Below are positions 9,648 to 19,487 of a stretch of 64,000 bases of DNA, in pieces. A model generated the notes under the pieces. That model did no database searches and was not told where the DNA came from. It worked only from the letters and a program-made list of their open reading frames with translations. Position numbers and translations under genes: made by a program. The DNA is from Acidimicrobiia bacterium (GTDB taxonomy: Bacteria > Actinomycetota > Acidimicrobiia > Acidimicrobiales > JANYDT01). Position 1 is the first letter of the stretch, and every line of letters starts with the position of its first letter. The DNA lies in contig JANMZO010000293.1 in NCBI GenBank assembly GCA_031383405.1, forward strand, positions 3,820-67,819, read 5' to 3'.

Positions 9648-9700
9648 GTGGCGGGGGCCGGATTTGAACCAGCGACCTTCGGGTTATGAGCCCGACGAGC
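9648..9700 (-). pseudogene. 3' partial copy of initiator tRNA-Met (discriminator, acceptor 3' strand, T arm, variable loop, anticodon arm)
   Basis: 53/53 nt identical to 11036-11088. Lacks the D arm and the 5' acceptor strand. Confidence 0.9.
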
Positions 9701-10076
9701 CTCGTCCCGGATGGTGCCGTCGAGTGCCCTGCCACACAGTGTTTCCGGGAGTTTCGGCCTCGGCCGATGCCGTCTCGTCCCGACCTGTACCGCCCACTTC
9801 TACCGGATCTGGCAGACGCCGCGATGCAGGATAAGTTTCGAGGAGGTGGGCGTTCGAGGCAACCGAGCCGGGCACATCGCACACGTGCACGATGCCCTCG
9901 GGGGTCACGTCAACGACCACGACGACCGCACGAACCTCACCGGAGCCCGCGATGACGTGAGCTCCGGGAATGATCTGGGAGGGATCAGCCGCCTCGTCGA
10001 GGAACGTCCACGGCAGGCCGGTCTCGTCCATCGAGTTGAAGTCGATCGGGAGGTCGATTCGGGTGGTCGTCGTCAT
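9684..10076 (-). CDS. hypothetical small protein
   Basis: ATG 10076 is preceded by a strong SD (GAGGAGGTGA). The first ~80 aa look globular. The tail reads through into the tRNA fragment, with the stop inside it. Confidence 0.45.
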   Translation of the reverse strand: MTTTTRIDLPIDFNSMDETGLPWTFLDEAADPSQIIPGAHVIAGSGEVRAVVVVVDVTPEGIVHVCDVPGSVASNAHLLETYPASRRLPDPVEVGGTGRDETASAEAETPGNTVWQGTRRHHPGRGSSGS

Positions 10077-10113
10077 CGTGTCACCTCCTCGGGATCTGAC
10101 CCATGGTACAGGT

Positions 10114-10728
10114 GTCGGCCTGGCGATCGCTCGGCGGATCTCGACGACCGAGGCCATCCGCGACGCCCGCGGGGTGGTCGAGGCGGACAGTCGCCACGTC
10201 GCTCCGGTGATCACCGACGGCGTTCTCCATGGTGATCGCGGCGTCTTCGACACTCTCGACATGGTGATTCGTCAGCGGGTGATCTCCGAACAGGTGGTCC
10301 GCGTGAAGGTCTGGGACCGTGATGGGCGGATCGTCTACTCCGACGACAAGGCGCTCATCGGCGAGCGCTATGCGCTCGGTTCCGAGGAACGCGAAGCGCT
10401 CGAACGCCACACCAGCGCCGCCGACTTCTCGGATCTGACCAAGCCGGAGAATCGCGACGAACGTTCCTACCGCAAGTTGTTGGAGGTCTACCGCGGGGTC
10501 CGAACCCGCGAGGGCACGCCAGTGTTCTTCGAGGCGTACCTTCGTTTCGACAAAGTCACCGATGACCGCAGCCGGGTTCTCGCCGAGTTCACGCCGGCAT
10601 TGCTCGGCGGGCTCGTCGCGTTGTTCCTGATCCAGATCCCGCTCGCCGTCGCGTTGACTCGACGGGTGACCCGTGCCGAGGAGGGCCGTCGGCGACTGTT
10701 GCAGCAGATCGAGAGCTCCGAACGCCGC
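10114..10728 (+). pseudogene. fragment of a NarL-type (HisKA_3) sensor histidine kinase: extracytoplasmic sensor region plus TM2 only
   Basis: VVRVKVWDRDGRIVYSDDKALIGERYAL ... LSDLTKPENRDERSYRKLLEVY ... TM helix LLGGLVALFLIQIPLAVAL ... RRLLQQIESSERR. Similarity then stops. No TM1, no H-box (DLHDGVVQ-like) and no ATPase domain in any frame. Confidence 0.6.
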
Positions 10729-10989
10729 CTGAACCAACCCACCGGCCACCCAGAATTCGCGAGGGACCAGCTTCAACGCGCCAAACCTCCTCCCTCCACC
10801 AAGACGGAATCCGTCGCAACGGCCCTCCAGCACCACCGACGAATTTCCGGCACCGACACCCGAATCCACCACCGCTCCGACCACCAGGACGAGATTCGAA
10901 CTGACGTCCGTGCGTCGGGTCTTCTGGCAGACGCTCGGCGACACGATTCGGCGAATCTGGCAGACAGTGACCGATTCGGGCATTCTGAA

Positions 10990-11025
10990 ACAGCAACAGC
11001 GGGCCCGGAGGCCCGCTGTTGCTGT
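10990..11025 (-). terminator. 16-bp stem hairpin immediately 3' of tRNA-fMet
   Basis: ACAGCAACAGCGGGCC-cgga-GGCCCGCTGTTGCTGT, flanked by T/A runs on both strands (bidirectional shape). Confidence 0.6.
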
Positions 11026-11033
11026 GTTTTAGT

Positions 11034-11110
<77 letters not shown>

Positions 11111-11179
11111 GCGGAAATCTCACTATAGCATCGAATCCGGTCCCGATTTCCGGCGGAGTTTCACACCTCTGCTGAACGG

Positions 11180-14179
11180 TCACTTGCTGAGTGTCGTGCT
11201 CGTCGCCGAGGCTGCTGGCGTGGGCCTCGAAGGTTTGCCGGCAGAAGGCTTGCCGGTCGAACCGGCCCGCGCCGAACCCGGCCCGACCACAAGCGAACCA
11301 CTCTCAACGGCGTCTTTGGCCAACTTCGTGGCCAGGTTCACGTTGCGCTGATAGGCCGCCAGATCTCCGGCTTGGAGGGCGGCCTCAGCCTCACGGAGCG
11401 CACGGTCGATCAGGGCGACCGCGTCTCCACCCCCGGCGGAGTCGACTTGACCGGGAACAGGCGTCACCGTCGCGGACCCCGAGGACGGGGAGTTTGCTTC
11501 AGAAAGGCCGACCTCACCGAGAGCATCGGTCAGCGTCTGCCCGAAGCCGATTTCGCCGCGATACCAGACCGCCATGTACGTGTAGATCGGATAGTTCTTG
11601 CCGGCCTCGACGAAGAACGGGCGTACATACAGAATCGAGTTCGCGATCGGAAGCACCTGGACGCTCCCGTAGTACACGCTCGAACCGCCCTGACCGAGCA
11701 GATTCTCCTTCTCCGAAATACGACGGTCACTTCCCATCGCCGACGCGACGATGCTTGGACCGCTCTCGTCGGACGCAGTCGGAACGGTGTACAGCCGCAG
11801 CTTCCCGTACTCTTCGGGATCGCTCGGGGCGACGAGCATGGCCCGAAGCGTCTGTTGCGATTCATCACCCGAGTACGGAACGAAATTCGACTGCAGATAG
11901 AACTGCTGCTCCTTAGAATCAGGCAACGCCGCCAAGAGGTAGTAGGGGCGCATGGAGGCCGTCGGCGAGGGAGTCGGATCGCCCACCACGCTTGTCGTCT
12001 TCTGATCCACGCGCAACTTGTCGTCCGGTGCTCGCGCCACATCCCAACGCGCCGAACCTTGAAAGAACGTCCCCGGGTCTTTCACCTGATAGCGGCCGAC
12101 CATCTGCGACTGCACCCGGAACATATCCTCCGGATAGCGAAAATGGTCACGCAACCCCGGGTACTCGCGGTCAAGTTGCTGCTCGGACCGCAGGAGGCGG
12201 GGAAACGCCGATCCGATCACACGGGTGATGGGATCGCTCGACATTCCCTCCTTCTGGAGTTTTGGGGTCGGCGTGTTGGGCTCGTAGTGAAAGAACTCCA
12301 TGCGTCCTGAATACGCGTCGGCTACGACCTTCACCGGATTCCGCACGTAGTTGAACTGACGCAACAGACCACTATCGGACGTCAGGCTCTTGGTGATCGC
12401 CGTTTGTGCGTATGGGTAGCGGTTGCTGGTCGTGTACGCATCGAGCACCCACAACACCCGACCCTGGTACAGAACCGCGTAGGGATCGGTGTCGTAGTGG
12501 AAGAAAGGAGCCAGCTTCTCAGCCCGAGCGCGAATATTGCGGACAAAGAGGATTTTCGAGTTCGTTCGGATCTGGCTCGAAATCAACATGTTGACATCGG
12601 CGAAACGCAGCGCAAAGGCGAACCTACGCAGGGGATTCGACAGCGGCACCCCTCCATCGCCTTTGAACGACGTGGTGGCTCCTTTTCCGTCGACCTCGAG
12701 GGTCTTCGTGCCCACCACCGCGTAGCCATCTGTTCCTTCACCGAAATAGATCTGCGGTTTTTTCAGCTCAAAGGACTTGGTCGGTGTCTGCCCATCGCTA
12801 AGGAAGTCGGGCGCGCCCTTCGCGTCCGCCGAATTGGCTGACGCGATCACGAGCCCCTTCCCGTGGGTATTCACCAGACGGCGTTGGATCCAAGACGTGA
12901 TGTTGTTTGAGTTCTCGTCGAGTTCGCGCACCGACACGACAACGGGAACGGTCTTACCGTTGATCTTGTAACGGTCGACGTCGACATCACGGAAGCCGTA
13001 TACATCGATGTTCTGCTGAAGCTTGGTGAACGCCTTTCCCGAGATATCGGCGCTCGGTTCCCAGATCCGGAGATTCTGAAGCGTTGCCTTCTCGGCCGCG
13101 GACAGCTCCGGGGTTCCAGTCGCCTGGTCACGGCTCTTGATCGACAGCGGTATCGACGAGATCGAATCCAACCCCATGGCCGTGGTCGTCGCCGCGATAT
13201 TTCGCTGGATGTAAATGCGCTCCCGGTCGAGTTGATTGGACTTGACCAGCGCCTGCAAAACGCTCGGATAGATCGAGCCGACGAGAATCGAGACGATGAC
13301 CCACATGCCGATCGCGGCCGCCGGGACCGTCAGACCCGATCGACGGATCGAAAGGATCAGAATGACCGCGACCGTCAATGACACGAATGTCAGCAGCGTC
13401 AAAACTGGAATCCGGGCCTTGACGTCGGTGTAGCTGGCTCCTCTCACGTAGCCATTTTCGGAAAGGGTCAGCTCATAGCGTTGGATCCAGTACTTCGCCC
13501 CCCGTAGGACGGCCAGAAACGCGACGAGGAGCGTCACGTGGATCTTCGCCTGAGGCAATGCCCTGGGAACGCGCCCGTCGAACCGCACCGCTCCGTTGAG
13601 CGCGTAAACCCCGATGGTGAACAACAGGATCACAAAACCTGACGCAAACAGCCACGACGTCACGGACCCGATGAACGGAAGACGAAACAGGTAGAGACTC
13701 AGGTCCTTCGAAAACTGCGGATCCTTGATCCCGACCTTGGCGCTGTTCGTGAACAGCAGCCATTCGTTCCAGTTGCCGGCGAACGAGGTTCCTCCGAGCA
13801 GTCCGACGACGACACTCACTATTAGCCGAAGCGTTCCCTCACGGTGCTCAAGAACGTCAGAAAGGTGCGCGAGCCCGGGTTGTTCGGGTGTGTACAGGGT
13901 GAAGCGACGTGACCGCTGCGCGAGAAGCAGGTTCACCCACAACGCGAGGCCGAAAGCCACAGAGCAGAGAAGACCGAGAAGTACCTTGGTACCCCATACT
14001 GTTCGCCACACACTTGCGTAGCCGACATCTTCGCTGAACCACAGGTAGTCGGTGTAGGCGCTCGCGACGCCCCGGGCGAGAATCAGCACCGCCAGAATCC
14101 CAAGGACGATCGCGCCGAGTACCGCCTGGCGTCGCGAAGTCTGGGCCGGGAACTGACGGGGGCTGGCCGGATTACTCAT
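11180..14179 (-). CDS. UPF0182 family membrane protein
   Basis: 999 aa. Multi-TM N-terminus with the YTDYLWFSE signature and a large extracytoplasmic C-terminal part. Size and layout resemble actinobacterial UPF0182 (Rv3193c-like, from memory). Confidence 0.85.
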   Translation of the reverse strand: MSNPASPRQFPAQTSRRQAVLGAIVLGILAVLILARGVASAYTDYLWFSEDVGYASVWRTVWGTKVLLGLLCSVAFGLALWVNLLLAQRSRRFTLYTPEQPGLAHLSDVLEHREGTLRLIVSVVVGLLGGTSFAGNWNEWLLFTNSAKVGIKDPQFSKDLSLYLFRLPFIGSVTSWLFASGFVILLFTIGVYALNGAVRFDGRVPRALPQAKIHVTLLVAFLAVLRGAKYWIQRYELTLSENGYVRGASYTDVKARIPVLTLLTFVSLTVAVILILSIRRSGLTVPAAAIGMWVIVSILVGSIYPSVLQALVKSNQLDRERIYIQRNIAATTTAMGLDSISSIPLSIKSRDQATGTPELSAAEKATLQNLRIWEPSADISGKAFTKLQQNIDVYGFRDVDVDRYKINGKTVPVVVSVRELDENSNNITSWIQRRLVNTHGKGLVIASANSADAKGAPDFLSDGQTPTKSFELKKPQIYFGEGTDGYAVVGTKTLEVDGKGATTSFKGDGGVPLSNPLRRFAFALRFADVNMLISSQIRTNSKILFVRNIRARAEKLAPFFHYDTDPYAVLYQGRVLWVLDAYTTSNRYPYAQTAITKSLTSDSGLLRQFNYVRNPVKVVADAYSGRMEFFHYEPNTPTPKLQKEGMSSDPITRVIGSAFPRLLRSEQQLDREYPGLRDHFRYPEDMFRVQSQMVGRYQVKDPGTFFQGSARWDVARAPDDKLRVDQKTTSVVGDPTPSPTASMRPYYLLAALPDSKEQQFYLQSNFVPYSGDESQQTLRAMLVAPSDPEEYGKLRLYTVPTASDESGPSIVASAMGSDRRISEKENLLGQGGSSVYYGSVQVLPIANSILYVRPFFVEAGKNYPIYTYMAVWYRGEIGFGQTLTDALGEVGLSEANSPSSGSATVTPVPGQVDSAGGGDAVALIDRALREAEAALQAGDLAAYQRNVNLATKLAKDAVESGSLVVGPGSARAGSTGKPSAGKPSRPTPAASATSTTLSK

Positions 14180-14301
14180 CGGTCATGACACTACCCCTTC
14201 ACATCCGCGGACCAACTGCTTCGAAAGAGACCCGCTCATCCACGTGGGAAGGAAGTAGGCACGGACCCGGTAAGCGGAACGGGCGAGGGGCGCGCCAGGG
14301 G

Positions 14302-16410
14302 TCAGTGCACCCGGCCCGGCCCGAGGTGGAACGCAGCACCGAGATGCTCAGCCACGAGACCCGACAAACGTTCCGACGGCCACGAACGGTACACCTCCCC
14401 AACGAGGTCACTCAGTGTCTGGCCCTGGTGATGGAAGTCGCTGTTCATGGCGGTATCCATCGCCGCCCCGGTGGGGCTCGTCACCGACGACGTCAGAGCC
14501 GTCTCCAGATTCTTGAGTTCGGCCGCCACGGAGTCGTCGTGGACCGACTGCGCCGACAAATCGGCGCCCGCTCGGTACGCATCGCGCAAGAACGTCCGTA
14601 CGGTGTCGCCCAGGCGTTGCTGACGGGTCTCAGCATCACCCAGAAGATCGTCCAAGGACACACGACCCCGGGCAGTCCGAAGCGCCGCGAGGGCCCGGCT
14701 CTGCTCGTCCTGGAGAAACCGTTTCATGGCCCTGGTGCACTGGGCCTGAAGTGTGCCGATCACAAAATCGAATTCCGCCGACCGCCCCTTCGTCAGCTCG
14801 GCATCAACGCCGACCGCTGGCAGGGGCGTGACCATGTCGTCGCGGAATCCGTCGGTTCCTTCCGGATCGAAGGTGGCGTCGGTCAGCACTTCGGAGTCAA
14901 ATGCCGTGAGGTCCACAAACATCAGATCGGGCGCGGCAGTTCCCCTTTGCGAAGACCGTTCGTCGACACCCGGACCATCCGGTCCACCGGAATCTCGATC
15001 GAGAACATCGCCGAGCGCTCTGGTGGAGCGCTCGCTCCCCTTGGACGAAGCGTTGTTCGACGACGGGCTGTCGGGCATAGCCGTGACACCCCTTGACAAC
15101 GGCATGTTGGAAGCGTTGTCACGTGAAGGTGTGTTGGATGGCTCAGCCGCCGAACCTTTGGACGAAAGGTTGTTTGTGGTTGGGTTGCCGTGTGGCTTCG
15201 CCGACACGCCTTTTGACGACGATTTCCCATCGAGCAACTCGTGAGCCGCGGCGGCAGCAATTTCCCGGTCGCGACGCAGCCTTGCGAACAGGTCATCAAC
15301 GGTCGCCACGCGAACCGCCGGCACCAGCGCGGGGCCGGCTTCGTCGTCGTTCGATGCCGACTCCTTGGACGCGGATGTTACGTCGGCGGAGATCGTGGGC
15401 TCCGGGGTCTCCTCGGGTCGATCAGACTCGTGCTGGACCGACGCCTCCGCTGCGGCACGTTCGGGAACGGGAGGATAATCGGTGGCAGCCCCGGCTGAAC
15501 CTTCAGCAGCCTCGACATCGGGAACCACCGGAGCGGCAACGATCACGCTGTCGTTGCGGCCCCCGTCGAGATCGTCGGTGACGAGCGACGAACCACCCAA
15601 CGTCGCAGCACCGGCCTGGGAAGGAGGGGCCGCGGAAGGCAGCAGCGAGCGCCCACTGAAGAGCTCCGCTTCCAGCTCGGCGACCGTCGGCAGATCTTCG
15701 GCACCGACGCGTCGCCCCGCCGTCTCTGCCGCCAGACGGGCCTCCACTTCCGCCGTCGAAAGACCTCGGCTCGCCTCGTCGGCCACCCGACGCGCATCGC
15801 GGAACGATTCGAGAAGCTTCTCCCGGGCCACCCGGAGTTGCTCGAGTTGAACGTGAGCAACCCGGCGTCGCTTGGCCAGATCAGTGAGAATCCGCTCCCG
15901 AACCGCCTTCGCCTCAGAGATCATGATCCGTGCCTGTTCCTTCGCGAGGCTCGGGTCTGTCGGCGTCTCGGCCAGAGCCGCCTCGACGGCGGCCATGGTG
16001 TCGGCGGATGGCTTTCCACGCGACTCGGCTCTGGCTCGCAGGAAGATGCGAGCCGCTTCGTCGTTCGCGCGGGCGACGATTGCGTTGGCCTCGTCCTTGG
16101 CCGCGGCGATGATCGAGTCCGCGTCGGCCCTGGCCTGTTCCACAGCCGCAGGATCCTCGTCGAGCGACTGGTCCACCATCGCCGCCGACTCCTCGATCGT
16201 CGAAGGATTTACACCTTCGGCTACCGACAGCACGAACGCCGAGGCGTTCTCCGAGTAAGAGGTAACGGCATCGGCCACGTTGTTCAAAAACGCGCGCACC
16301 TCAGCGGTGTCGTATCCGCGAAACGCGGTAGCGAACCGGTAGTTTCGGATGACCTCGGGGTTGACCGTCCCCAGCGACCGTGCGGTTTCGTCGACTGATT
16401 TCATGCTCAC
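14302..16410 (-). CDS. DivIVA domain-containing protein, long low-complexity middle
   Basis: N-terminal FATAFRGYDTAEVRAFLNNV (DivIVA motif), coiled-coil A/E/R-rich segment, S/P/N-rich linker. The GTG start overlaps the upstream stop (GTGA). Confidence 0.75.
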   Translation of the reverse strand: MSMKSVDETARSLGTVNPEVIRNYRFATAFRGYDTAEVRAFLNNVADAVTSYSENASAFVLSVAEGVNPSTIEESAAMVDQSLDEDPAAVEQARADADSIIAAAKDEANAIVARANDEAARIFLRARAESRGKPSADTMAAVEAALAETPTDPSLAKEQARIMISEAKAVRERILTDLAKRRRVAHVQLEQLRVAREKLLESFRDARRVADEASRGLSTAEVEARLAAETAGRRVGAEDLPTVAELEAELFSGRSLLPSAAPPSQAGAATLGGSSLVTDDLDGGRNDSVIVAAPVVPDVEAAEGSAGAATDYPPVPERAAAEASVQHESDRPEETPEPTISADVTSASKESASNDDEAGPALVPAVRVATVDDLFARLRRDREIAAAAAHELLDGKSSSKGVSAKPHGNPTTNNLSSKGSAAEPSNTPSRDNASNMPLSRGVTAMPDSPSSNNASSKGSERSTRALGDVLDRDSGGPDGPGVDERSSQRGTAAPDLMFVDLTAFDSEVLTDATFDPEGTDGFRDDMVTPLPAVGVDAELTKGRSAEFDFVIGTLQAQCTRAMKRFLQDEQSRALAALRTARGRVSLDDLLGDAETRQQRLGDTVRTFLRDAYRAGADLSAQSVHDDSVAAELKNLETALTSSVTSPTGAAMDTAMNSDFHHQGQTLSDLVGEVYRSWPSERLSGLVAEHLGAAFHLGPGRVH

Positions 16411-17609
16411 CTGCTTGGTTGTTTTGGAAGGGGCTCCCCGCCGATTGCCACGAGGGCAGCCAACGCCTCATCGAGCGTGCGAACACCAACGACACGCATC
16501 GAGCCGGCCTGTTTCTTTGCAATGGGGTATTCAGCAGCCGGCACGATGAATAGCTTGGCACCTGCAGCCTTGACCGCGGCGGTCTTCTGCTTCACGCCAC
16601 CAATTTCCCCGACATCGCCGTTTGATTCGATGGTCCCGGTAGCCGCCACTTTGACCCCACCGGTCAACTCGCCGGGCGACAGTTGATCCAGCATGGCGAG
16701 CGTCATGGCCAGGCCGGCCGAAGGACCGCCGATCCGAGCAGTGTCGATATCAACGGTAAAGGGGAACGAACAGGGCCTTTCTTTCGCCGGTCCGAGTACC
16801 ACGCCGACAAAGGCACGGTTCGCACCTTCCGGTTTATAGGTGCGAACTGGAATTTCCTGCACGGCGGACCGGGTCAGCGGCTTCCCCTCCCCGGAGGTGC
16901 GACGTTTGATACCGAGCACGATCGGGTCTCCGGGTTTCTTGGTTTTGACCACCTCGGCGAGGTCACCTTGAAGGCAAACTGCTTTTCCGTCGGCCGAAAC
17001 GATGAGATCGTGGGTTTTCAGCCTGGAATGAGCGGGAGCTTTCTCGTCGAGATCAAGGATTTCAGCGCCGCCATTGGAGGTTCTGAAGCCAAGCCGCCGC
17101 GCCACCGTCACACGGGCGACCAGTTTGGCGTCATCCATTTCGGCCCTGCTGCGCAGATCGCTCTCCGTTCGGGTTTCGTCGCCGAGGATCTCTTTCCGGG
17201 GAAAGACGTCGGTGTCGCTCCGGAGCCAACCGTCAAGCAGTTCAAAAACACCCAGACCGCGTCGGAGTCCAACGGTGGCCCACATGACAGTGCCTTTGGG
17301 TTTGAACGTCTTCGTTCCGCTGATCGTGAGGCGTTCGCTCACCACGTCAGCGCTCCCCGGCAGAATTTCCACGTAATCAAACTTGTAGTTCACTCCGAAG
17401 ATCAGGCCACCGACCACGACGAGCGAGAGCAGCGGTGCGATCCGGTTCCGCAGGGTTCTTCCGTTGACGCGTGGGGGACGCGACTGATCCGCGGTCTCGT
17501 CAGGATTGCGCTGCTTTTCAGGGTGACTATCGGATCTCAACCCAACAAGCCTGCCATGAACCGCGAGATTTGTGGATACGTTTGCACGGTGACTGACCGC
17601 CTTCCGCAC
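16407..17609 (-). CDS. PDZ domain-containing S16 (Lon-like) serine protease, membrane-anchored
   Basis: TM anchor LLSLVVVGGLIFGV, a PDZ-like middle, and a Lon catalytic region GPSAGLAMTLAMLD ... KLFIVP. The start codon is uncertain (it may be downstream of 17609). Confidence 0.8.
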   Translation of the reverse strand: MRKAVSHRANVSTNLAVHGRLVGLRSDSHPEKQRNPDETADQSRPPRVNGRTLRNRIAPLLSLVVVGGLIFGVNYKFDYVEILPGSADVVSERLTISGTKTFKPKGTVMWATVGLRRGLGVFELLDGWLRSDTDVFPRKEILGDETRTESDLRSRAEMDDAKLVARVTVARRLGFRTSNGGAEILDLDEKAPAHSRLKTHDLIVSADGKAVCLQGDLAEVVKTKKPGDPIVLGIKRRTSGEGKPLTRSAVQEIPVRTYKPEGANRAFVGVVLGPAKERPCSFPFTVDIDTARIGGPSAGLAMTLAMLDQLSPGELTGGVKVAATGTIESNGDVGEIGGVKQKTAAVKAAGAKLFIVPAAEYPIAKKQAGSMRVVGVRTLDEALAALVAIGGEPLPKQPSR

Positions 17610-18239
17610 GATCCAGCCAGCTTTCCGTCACGTGCCGAGGTAACGATCGCCGGGTACCGCCGTGACCTCCCAACCGCCCGACTTGGGTTCGTTGCGACCG
17701 ATCCCAACGTTCGGGCAAGCTCGCTCACCGCTCTTCAACGCTGCGGCGACCTCGATGAGTTGACCCTCCTACGGGCTCTTCGCGATGGTTCGGTCACCGT
17801 CACCCGCCGAGCCGTCGAGTTGTCCGTTCATGATTTGAGAAACGTCGCGGAAGTTGACGAGCAACTACTCACGATGCTGGAGCACGGGAGCGACGTTCTG
17901 GTCGAGGTCGTCGCCTGGGCACTCGGTGAGCGGCATCAAGAGGCCGCATCCGATCTCGGAGAACGGGTCGCGGCCGCGCTCAGCCGCGCCGTGATGCAGC
18001 ACCCCGACCCTCTCGTGCGGGAAGCGGCGGTCGCTGCTCTCGGAAGTGTCGGTCTCCCCTCCGGCCTGCCCGCCGTACTGCACGCCACCGTTGACAAAGC
18101 CACCGTACGAAGACGCGCTGTTCTGGCGCTCGCTGCATTCGAAGGCGACGACGTGGACGCCGCGTTGGTGCGGGCCCGAACCGATCGCGACTGGCAGGTC
18201 CGCCAGGCGGCCGAGGACCTCACGAACCCCCGGGTCTGA
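17556..18239 (+). CDS. HEAT-repeat protein
   Basis: Repeated D..VR..A..ALG modules (DPLVREAAVAALG, DWQVRQAAEDL). Only the 3' third of the 518-aa ORF is used; the rest is antisense to the protease gene. Start is uncertain. Confidence 0.55.
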   Translation: MNREICGYVCTVTDRLPHDPASFPSRAEVTIAGYRRDLPTARLGFVATDPNVRASSLTALQRCGDLDELTLLRALRDGSVTVTRRAVELSVHDLRNVAEVDEQLLTMLEHGSDVLVEVVAWALGERHQEAASDLGERVAAALSRAVMQHPDPLVREAAVAALGSVGLPSGLPAVLHATVDKATVRRRAVLALAAFEGDDVDAALVRARTDRDWQVRQAAEDLTNPRV

Positions 18240-18271
18240 GACGCCCATTCAAGCCCGGGACCGGGCGGGAA

Positions 18272-19276
18272 TCAACGCGAGTTCCCCATAAACAGCGACT
18301 TCAGGACGTCGTAGTTCTCAATGCACCGACCCGCTCCGAGGACTACACACTCAAGCGGGGCATTCACGAGGTGCACCGGCACGCCGGTCGCCCGCTGCAG
18401 TCGTTGGTCGAGGCCACGGAGCATGCCGCCGCCCCCGACGAGATGAATCCCGTAACGAATCACGTCTTGCGCCAATTCGGCGGGTGCGTGTCCGAGGCAC
18501 GCAACGACGGACTTGCAGATGGCGTTGACGAGTTCTTCGATCGCCTGGCGAACTTCACCGAACGACAGGATCACCGTCTTGGGGAGCCCACTCATGATCT
18601 CGCGGCCGCGCACCTCGGCGCGGAACTCGTCCGGCGTCGGAGCTGCCGAACCGATTGCAATCTTGATCTCCTCCGCGGTCCGTTCCCCGATCGCAATCCC
18701 GTGAACTCGACGGATCCAGGTCTGGAGCGCCGCATCGAAGTCGAATCCACCGACCCGGATGGCTTCGAGCGCGACGGTCCCGCCCAGAGAAATAAGGGCG
18801 GTTTCACAGGTTCCACCACCGATATCCACCACCATTGAACCGACCGGTTCGTGCACGGGCAGACCGGCACCGATCGCGGCGGCCATAGGCTGATCGATCA
18901 GTTGAGCCTGGCTCGCGCCAGCCCGGCGCGCCGCTTCGATGACCGCACGCTTTTCGACCTCGGTGATGGCCGACGGAACACAAATGAGGACCTTCGGACG
19001 GTTCAGACGGGAGACGCCCACCCGCTCGAGCAGCAGACGGATCATCCGTTGCGTGACGTCGTAATCGGTGATCGCGCCTTGGCGGAGAGGGCGGACCGCG
19101 ACAATGTACCCGGGCGTGCGCCCAATCATCTGCCAGGCCTGGCGTCCCATTGCGAGGACCTCCTGGTTGAGGCTGTTCAGAGCGATAACGCTAGGTTCGT
19201 TGAGAACGATCCCCTCGCCTTTGGCGTAGACGAGAGTGTTCGCGGTCCCAAGATCAATGGCCAGGTCGCGTGCCAG
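18272..19276 (-). CDS. mreB: rod shape-determining protein MreB (actin-like ATPase), proposed CTG start
   Basis: The frame extends upstream of the first ATG (19150) and encodes ARDLAIDLGTANTLVYAKGEGIVLNEPSVIA (phosphate-1 motif). There is no ATG/GTG/TTG between the upstream in-frame stop and this motif. CTG at 19276 lies 5 nt after GGAGG. Confidence 0.85.
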   Translation of the reverse strand: MARDLAIDLGTANTLVYAKGEGIVLNEPSVIALNSLNQEVLAMGRQAWQMIGRTPGYIVAVRPLRQGAITDYDVTQRMIRLLLERVGVSRLNRPKVLICVPSAITEVEKRAVIEAARRAGASQAQLIDQPMAAAIGAGLPVHEPVGSMVVDIGGGTCETALISLGGTVALEAIRVGGFDFDAALQTWIRRVHGIAIGERTAEEIKIAIGSAAPTPDEFRAEVRGREIMSGLPKTVILSFGEVRQAIEELVNAICKSVVACLGHAPAELAQDVIRYGIHLVGGGGMLRGLDQRLQRATGVPVHLVNAPLECVVLGAGRCIENYDVLKSLFMGNSR

Positions 19277-19278
19277 AT

Positions 19279-19485
19279 CTACCTCCGTGTGCGCTTGTCG
19301 TGCGGGCCGCGGGTTTCACCTTTGGTCCGCTTCAACGGATCATTCGCCGGATCTAGCGCTTCGAGACCGCGACGAAACTCGCGCAGTCCGTCTTCCATCG
19401 ACCGGGGGCGCCGATTTCGGTAGGCATTGATCGCCAACAGCACGATCACCACAACCACCGGAGCCAAAATCCAAACCAAAATCAT
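19279..19485 (-). CDS. small single-pass membrane protein (hypothetical)
   Basis: 68 aa. N-terminal TM helix ILVWILAPVVVVIVLLAI then a basic tail. Packed with 2-nt gaps between moaE and mreB. Confidence 0.45.
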   Translation of the reverse strand: MILVWILAPVVVVIVLLAINAYRNRRPRSMEDGLREFRRGLEALDPANDPLKRTKGETRGPHDKRTRR

Positions 19486-19487
19486 GG

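Noticed and set aside
16683-17555. N-terminal two thirds of the 518-aa plus-strand ORF
   Set aside because: It is antisense to the PDZ/Lon protease gene. Only the HEAT-repeat 3' part (from about 17556) looks genuine.
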